Source: Kiritimatiellia bacterium
GTDB taxonomy: Bacteria > Verrucomicrobiota > Kiritimatiellia > RFP12 > UBA1067
Direction: 5' to 3'
DNA: 42,795 nucleotides
Assembly: GCA_017613085.1 (NCBI GenBank)
Contig: JAGAEL010000039.1
Span: 1-42,795, forward strand
Below, piece by piece: positions 37,752 to 42,795 of this stretch. Both the position numbers and the translations under genes were made by a program. How positions within the stretch are numbered: the first letter of the stretch is position 1; the number at the start of each line of letters is the position of its first letter. Below the pieces are notes generated by a model. That model was given only the letters and a program-made list of their open reading frames with translations. It did not search any database and was not told the origin of the DNA.

Positions 37752-39998
37752 TTAGCGTTCGAGTTTGATGCGGATGGAGGTACGTTGGTGCAAGGTCGCG
37801 CAAGAGATGATGTGGTCGCCGAGTGAGATTTCGCCGTCTTCAAGGAGGAACATTTCATTACCCTCCGTCTCGCCACGGGGAATTCCGTCCACATACCACC
37901 AGACGCGCTCGCCCGGGGGGACGTTCGCGGGTTTAACGGCGACCGCTTGCCCGGGGATTCCCTTCAACCACTTGTAGACGGAACGGTTGGCGGGCTGGAC
38001 GATGGTGAGTTTGTTTTCGTTCACGGATGTTGCGGTTGATTTTCGCCGTTCTTTGAGAAACGCCGCCACATCGGGGGGCCATACGGTCTCCAGGTTCCCT
38101 TCGAAATCACGCCGGTGGACGGGGCAGGGGCGTGGCGAACTTGCCTGTTTCAGGAAAAGTCCCTCCTCCGTTTCAGGGCAGTCCCCGTTCGGCGGATAAC
38201 CGGAGACGGAACAGACCGTGCGAGTACCGATACCTTCCGGTTTCACCGGCCAGGCGGTCTCTTCCCCGCGCAGCAGTTCGCGGAAGATGTTCCATGCCAC
38301 GGGGGCGGCGACTTTCGCGCCGACGAGACGTTTGTCGCCGAACTTCCCGATCTTGTGTCCGCACCAGACGGCGACGACGTAATTCGGCGTCCATGCCGCC
38401 GTCCAGGCATCGCGGTAGGCGGAGGAGGTTCCCGTCTTCCAGGCGATTTTCGGAAGTTTCGCATCCGCGATGTGTCCGATCGAACTGGCGGAGCGTTCCT
38501 CGCCCGAGAGGAAGTCGCTGATCAGCCAGCTCGCCTCGTTCGAGAAAAGCCGCGTCGCTTTTTCCTCCCGTTTCCATTTGTCCTTTTCAAGGAAGCGGTA
38601 GGGCTTGTAGACGCCGCGACGGGCGAAGACGGCGTAGGCGTTGGCAAGGTCGAGCAGACGGATGTCCACGTTGCCGACGGCGATGCCGAGTCCGTGTTTC
38701 TCCGGATCCGTCGGGATTGTCGTGAGGCCTGCGTCGCGAAGCAGCGAGTTGATTTCCTTCTTGCCGCATTTTTGTACAAGGTCGAGGAACGGGATGTTCA
38801 GTGAAAGGATCAAGGCGTCGCGGATGGGAAGCGTTCCGTGAAAGACGCGGTTGAAATTGACAGGGGTGAAATTCCCGTAGCGGCGCGGTACGTCCGCGAC
38901 GATTTCGGAAGGTGAGATGATGCCGGTGTCAAACGCCTTCGCGAGGATGAACGGCTTGAGCGTCGAACCGGCGGGACGCGGGGAGAGCGCCGTGTTCACC
39001 TGTCCCGAACTGGCGTCGAAATAACGGCCGGAACAGGTCAGGGCGCGGACGGCCCCGTTCGCCACTTCGATTACGACGGCTGCGACGGAACAGTCGAGTT
39101 GTTTCGCTTGGCGTTGTACCTGCTGGGTGACGATGGTCTGCATCCGGCGGTCGAGGGTGGTCGTGTAATCGCCCGACGATTCATTGATTTCGCCTGCCGC
39201 CCAGTCGCAGAAGAACGGTTCGAGGAAGGGGCGCGGGGATCTCGTCAGCTCGATGGGGGCTCGGTTTGCGCTTTGGACTTCCGCCTCCGTCGCGTAGCCG
39301 AGCTCCACCATCCGCCGGAAAACATAATTGCGCCGCCGCAGCGCGTTGGGAAGGCGGCGGTCCGGGCGGAAACGGCTGGGGGACTGCACCATGCCGGCAA
39401 GGAGCGCGGCCTCGCCGAGGGAGAGTTCGGCTGCGGGTTTCCCGAACCAGCCTTGGCTCGCCGCTTCCACACCGACAAGGTTTGAGGCGAACGGTGCGCG
39501 GTTCAGGTACTGCGAAAGGATCCATTCCTTCGACCGTACACGTTCCATGCGGAGGGCGGCGAACGCCTCGATCCATTTCCAGAAGAGGGAACGCGGATGT
39601 GGTTTGATGAGACGCACCGCCTGCATGGTGAGCGTGGACGCGCCGGAGATGCGGCGGAAACTCGAAACGTCCTGCCAGACGGCACGTATCACGCTTTTCA
39701 GACAGACGCCGTGATGCTCGTAAAAACGCCCGTCTTCGGAGGCGACGAGCGCCTTCACCACCCAGTCGTCACGGCTGGCTTTGTAGAACGGGCGGCAGTC
39801 GGAATCGTCCGGTCCCAGCCCGACACGCATCAACCGGCCGTCGCGGTCGCGCAGGATCACCCCCGAAGGATAGACCTCCGCCTCCTGAAGCGGCGGTGTA
39901 CAGAGAAGATAGGAAAGCACGACGGCGAGAAGCGCGAAAACCGCCGACGCGCCGGAAAAAACGACAAATCTTTTCTTCCATTTCGGGTTCAGTTTCAT
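37752..39998 (-). CDS. pbpC: penicillin-binding protein 1C
   Basis: Transglycosylase EDGRFYEHHGV and SGASTLTMQ; transpeptidase GSTLKPF, SLN, KTGTS; C-terminal CPVH...W.VDG BiPBP domain. Confidence 0.9.
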   Translation of the reverse strand: MKLNPKWKKRFVVFSGASAVFALLAVVLSYLLCTPPLQEAEVYPSGVILRDRDGRLMRVGLGPDDSDCRPFYKASRDDWVVKALVASEDGRFYEHHGVCLKSVIRAVWQDVSSFRRISGASTLTMQAVRLIKPHPRSLFWKWIEAFAALRMERVRSKEWILSQYLNRAPFASNLVGVEAASQGWFGKPAAELSLGEAALLAGMVQSPSRFRPDRRLPNALRRRNYVFRRMVELGYATEAEVQSANRAPIELTRSPRPFLEPFFCDWAAGEINESSGDYTTTLDRRMQTIVTQQVQRQAKQLDCSVAAVVIEVANGAVRALTCSGRYFDASSGQVNTALSPRPAGSTLKPFILAKAFDTGIISPSEIVADVPRRYGNFTPVNFNRVFHGTLPIRDALILSLNIPFLDLVQKCGKKEINSLLRDAGLTTIPTDPEKHGLGIAVGNVDIRLLDLANAYAVFARRGVYKPYRFLEKDKWKREEKATRLFSNEASWLISDFLSGEERSASSIGHIADAKLPKIAWKTGTSSAYRDAWTAAWTPNYVVAVWCGHKIGKFGDKRLVGAKVAAPVAWNIFRELLRGEETAWPVKPEGIGTRTVCSVSGYPPNGDCPETEEGLFLKQASSPRPCPVHRRDFEGNLETVWPPDVAAFLKERRKSTATSVNENKLTIVQPANRSVYKWLKGIPGQAVAVKPANVPPGERVWWYVDGIPRGETEGNEMFLLEDGEISLGDHIISCATLHQRTSIRIKLER

Positions 39999-40759
39999 GA
40001 CTTGCGCTGGCGCAGGATTTCGTAGAGGGCAATCGCGCCGGCGACCGCCGCGTTGAGGGATGCGACGCCTCCATGCATCGGGAGCGATCCGATGAAATCA
40101 CACGTCTGTCTGACGAGACGCGAAAGTCCGTCGCCTTCGGCTCCGACAACGAGTCCTGCCGCCCCCCGGAAATCGATTTCGGTATAAGGTTTCGTGTCTT
40201 TTGCCGGCATATCCAGCCCGGTCAGCCAGACGCCGTTTTTCTGGAGCGTCTGCATGGCGCGCGGCAGGTTTACGACGCGCGCGATCTGCAAATGTTCGGA
40301 AGCTCCCGCCGACGCGCGCACGGCGGCAGGGGTGACGCCGGACGCCCGGTCTTCCGGAAGGATCACCCCCGTCACACCGGCGGCATCCGCCGTCCGTAGG
40401 AGGGAGCCGACGTTTTGCGGATCCTCCAGATGGTCTAGCAGTAGGTAGAGCGGGTCTTTCGCGTCTCCTCCTGCGGAGAGAAGGTCTTCCAAATCGACGT
40501 AGGGGTAGGGGGAGGTGCGGAGGGCGATCGACTGGTGGTTGCCGCCGTCGCAGATGCGGTCGAGCTGTTCACGGGGCATACGGTGTACGGGAATACCGCC
40601 GGTGTTGAGCAGCGAAAGAATTTCATCCAGTTCGCCGCCCGTTCCCCGGAACGGCTGCGGCAAGACCGCCTCGTATACTTTCCGTCTGGCGGCTCGCAGG
40701 ACTTCGGCGACGGGGCGTCTGCCGAAAATCCACTCGCCGCGTCCTTCCGCGTTGCGCAT
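39995..40759 (-). CDS. rlmB: 23S rRNA (G2251)-2'-O-methyltransferase RlmB
   Basis: IFGR.PV.E, NHQ, DPQNVGSLLRTA, VGAEG.GL, SLNAAVA. Confidence 0.92.
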   Translation of the reverse strand: MRNAEGRGEWIFGRRPVAEVLRAARRKVYEAVLPQPFRGTGGELDEILSLLNTGGIPVHRMPREQLDRICDGGNHQSIALRTSPYPYVDLEDLLSAGGDAKDPLYLLLDHLEDPQNVGSLLRTADAAGVTGVILPEDRASGVTPAAVRASAGASEHLQIARVVNLPRAMQTLQKNGVWLTGLDMPAKDTKPYTEIDFRGAAGLVVGAEGDGLSRLVRQTCDFIGSLPMHGGVASLNAAVAGAIALYEILRQRKS

Positions 40760-40762
40760 GGC

Positions 40763-42166
40763 CTATCCCTGCTGTCCCTGGCGAAGCTGGTAGACGCGCT
40801 GGAACCGTTCGCCGATGTCCTCGTACCCGATGTCCGCGCCGTAGACGTCCTTGTAGTAGTTGAACGCCTTCTCCAGGTCGCCCGCCTTTTCGGCGAGGTC
40901 GCCGAGCGCGAAGACGACGCGCTTCTTCAAGTCGTCCATGATGTCGAGCTGGCCGTTCGCCGTTTCCAGCTGCATGACCGCCATATCGCGCTGGCCCTTG
41001 TTCGCGAAACACATCGCGAGGTAGTAGAGCGCTTCGATACGGAGTTTGGGACTGCGCTGCGCCTGTTGCATTTCGCTGACGGCTTCATCCCAGTACCCGT
41101 ATTTGTAGTACTGGAGACCCAGTTCGAAATGCAGGCCGAGGTCGTTAGGATAACGCTGGACGCGGTCGTAGAGGTTGTCGAATACGAACTGGTTGCGCTC
41201 CTGTTCCTTCGTGGCCGCGCCGTCTTCGTCGCCCTGCTCCTTGAGGGCGGCGATCTGCTGGTCGAAGAGGCTGACCTTCGCATTGGTGAGCGCCCGGTCC
41301 AGTTCGGGGTCGGAGGGGTTGACCTCGCGTGCGGCCTCGAACGTTTCGACGGCCTCGGCAAAACGCTTGTTCTGGGAGTAGATACGGGCGAGCGCGCGGT
41401 AGAGGTTGATGTTCTTCGGTTCGGCCTCGATTTTCGCCTTCGCCTCGGCGATCAACGATTCGGCGGCGTCGCCGGTCGCGAGTGTCATGTTCTTCTGGTC
41501 GAGCTTTGCGGCCTGTTCCTTGTCGCGGATCAAGTCGCGGAAGCCGCCCTTCTTGCCGGCGGCCTCTTCCCAGCCCGACGCCATGGTCGTCCGGGCCTCC
41601 GCGTCCTTCAACTTCTTGAGGATCACCATGTTGCCGGGGCGGGCGGAATCGAGCTTGACCAAGGCGTCGCGCGCCTTCGCATATTCACCGACGGCCATGT
41701 AGTAGTCGGCGGCGCGGCTCATCATCTCCAGGTCGTTCGGGTTGTTTTCCAACGCGGCTTCGACGGTGAAGAGCGCGGCGTCCGGCATGTTGCAGGCATC
41801 GGCGATTTCAATCGCGAGGTGGACGTTGTCGGCGTTGACGGGGTTCAGGTTCAGGAGCTTTTCACACTCCAGCAGCGCGGTCTCCTTCTTCCCCGCCTTG
41901 AGGAACCCCTGCACCTTGATACGGGCCATCTTGCACTTGAAATCGAGCATCTGCATTGCCAGCCCGCTCTTTTTCTGTGAACGGAAGCGGGCGATCTGCG
42001 CGGCGCGCAACACCTTGCGGGCCTTCGCGAACCCCGGCACGAGCGTCACGCACTGGAGGAGGAGGTCGATCGCGATGTCCCAGTTCCGCCGTTCAAACGC
42101 GGCGACACCCTTTGTGAAGAAGTTTTGCGCCTGCTGTGCGGCGACATCTTTGTTTTCAAGAGCCAT
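40763..42166 (-). CDS. tetratricopeptide repeat protein
   Basis: Repeated helical TPR-like units (LHFELGLQYY, ALYYLAMCF, VFALGDLAE); start placed at ATG 42166. Confidence 0.85.
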   Translation of the reverse strand: MALENKDVAAQQAQNFFTKGVAAFERRNWDIAIDLLLQCVTLVPGFAKARKVLRAAQIARFRSQKKSGLAMQMLDFKCKMARIKVQGFLKAGKKETALLECEKLLNLNPVNADNVHLAIEIADACNMPDAALFTVEAALENNPNDLEMMSRAADYYMAVGEYAKARDALVKLDSARPGNMVILKKLKDAEARTTMASGWEEAAGKKGGFRDLIRDKEQAAKLDQKNMTLATGDAAESLIAEAKAKIEAEPKNINLYRALARIYSQNKRFAEAVETFEAAREVNPSDPELDRALTNAKVSLFDQQIAALKEQGDEDGAATKEQERNQFVFDNLYDRVQRYPNDLGLHFELGLQYYKYGYWDEAVSEMQQAQRSPKLRIEALYYLAMCFANKGQRDMAVMQLETANGQLDIMDDLKKRVVFALGDLAEKAGDLEKAFNYYKDVYGADIGYEDIGERFQRVYQLRQGQQG

Positions 42167-42360
42167 AACCCGAAATCCTTTTCCCACGACGCTGCCGAAT
42201 ACATGGAGAAACGCAACGGAAGTTCCCCATGACCGGTATTGAAACCCGGAAGGGCGCCCCCTGTCGGTATCCCGCCCGCTCGGCGCGTTTGATTTCGGAT
42301 TATACCATCTGAAAAACCTCCGAAACAACCCCAAAAAACAACTTTTTTCTCAGGCGGGCA

Positions 42361-42795
42361 CATCCGCGAATCGTGCAATCGGTCTTTTGCCTCACGCGGA
42401 GGGAGGGTCGCGCCCCGTCGCGCCCTCCCGTGCGTGACGTCTCAGGGGAGGGACGGGCTTCGTCCCGTCCTTTCCCATACGGCGCGTGAGGACACGCGCC
42501 CTCCCGTGCGTGACGTCCCCTGGGAGGGTCGCGCCCCGTCGCGACCGGGTGGCGGCTGTCGGGTGTCGCCCGTCGTGCGGGGGCATATTCAGGCCGGGGA
42601 ACGGACGCGACGGGGCGCGTCCCTCCCGATCTCCGTGCCTCCTTGTTAAAGGAGACAACCAAGACAACCGAAGACAACTTTTGTGTTGTCCCTTGTTGTC
42701 CTTGTTGTCGTTTTCACATTCCGGATGCGACGGGGAAATTGTTTTACGCAGAGGCGCGGAGAGGCAGAGGGCGCAGAGCGAGACGACAGGGAGGC
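42361..42795. repeat. mosaic REP-like patch 3 (runs off the window)
   Basis: Units at 42446-42470(+), 42481-42505(-), 42522-42546(+), 42603-42627(-) and a fused partial at 42401-42429; AGACAAC x3, CCTTGTTGT x2, GCAGAG tract. Confidence 0.88.

Noticed and set aside
40757-40765. TPR-RlmB readthrough fusion (TAG GCC ATG in frame)
   Set aside because: This has a one-in-three chance in a compact operon, and both proteins are complete on their own.
42300-42677. Short ORFs over the repeat patches (also 1486-1978 and 8556-8871)
   Set aside because: Translations of GC-rich palindromes, lacking an RBS or coding bias.
1-42795. Genome-wide stop-codon reassignment (TAG=Gln or TGA=Trp)
   Set aside because: TGA ends many genes with tight start/stop overlaps (4049, 12652, 13530, 25874, 30970). 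TAG ends macA, birA and others, where readthrough would run deep into the next gene.
42361-42795. CRISPR array interpretation of the repeat patches
   Set aside because: Units alternate in orientation and differ in sequence, the intervening sequences are themselves repeated, and there are no cas genes.

Overview
GC-rich bacterial chromosomal segment. The gene repertoire (HZS-alpha-like multiheme protein, two DUF1080 proteins, pseudopilin-tailed hypothetical, RNase HIII) suggests the PVC superphylum, for example Kiritimatiellota/Lentisphaerota; this is inference. It holds about 37 CDSs, mostly housekeeping or carbohydrate genes: mutS, rnhC, rarA, rlmN, rlmB, folE, birA, pbpC, mgtC, a MacAB-type exporter, GH97, a GH89-like protein and an ECF sigma cassette. 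There is one tRNA-Val(GAC) with a near-consensus sigma70 promoter. The most striking unexplained structure is a dispersed repeat system. It has at least 11 full 25-nt GGGAG-headed hairpin (REP-like) units with compensatory stem changes. These are assembled with 7-10-nt micro-repeats into shuffled mosaic patches (1596-1811, 8491-8825, 42361-42795) whose edges carry an inward-pointing GCGAATCGT motif. One REP doublet sits in frame inside the GH89-like gene (6424-6486). Two otherwise intact genes carry a single in-frame stop (TAG in the MacB permease, TGA in an M28 peptidase). No CRISPR array, integrase or transposase was recognised.
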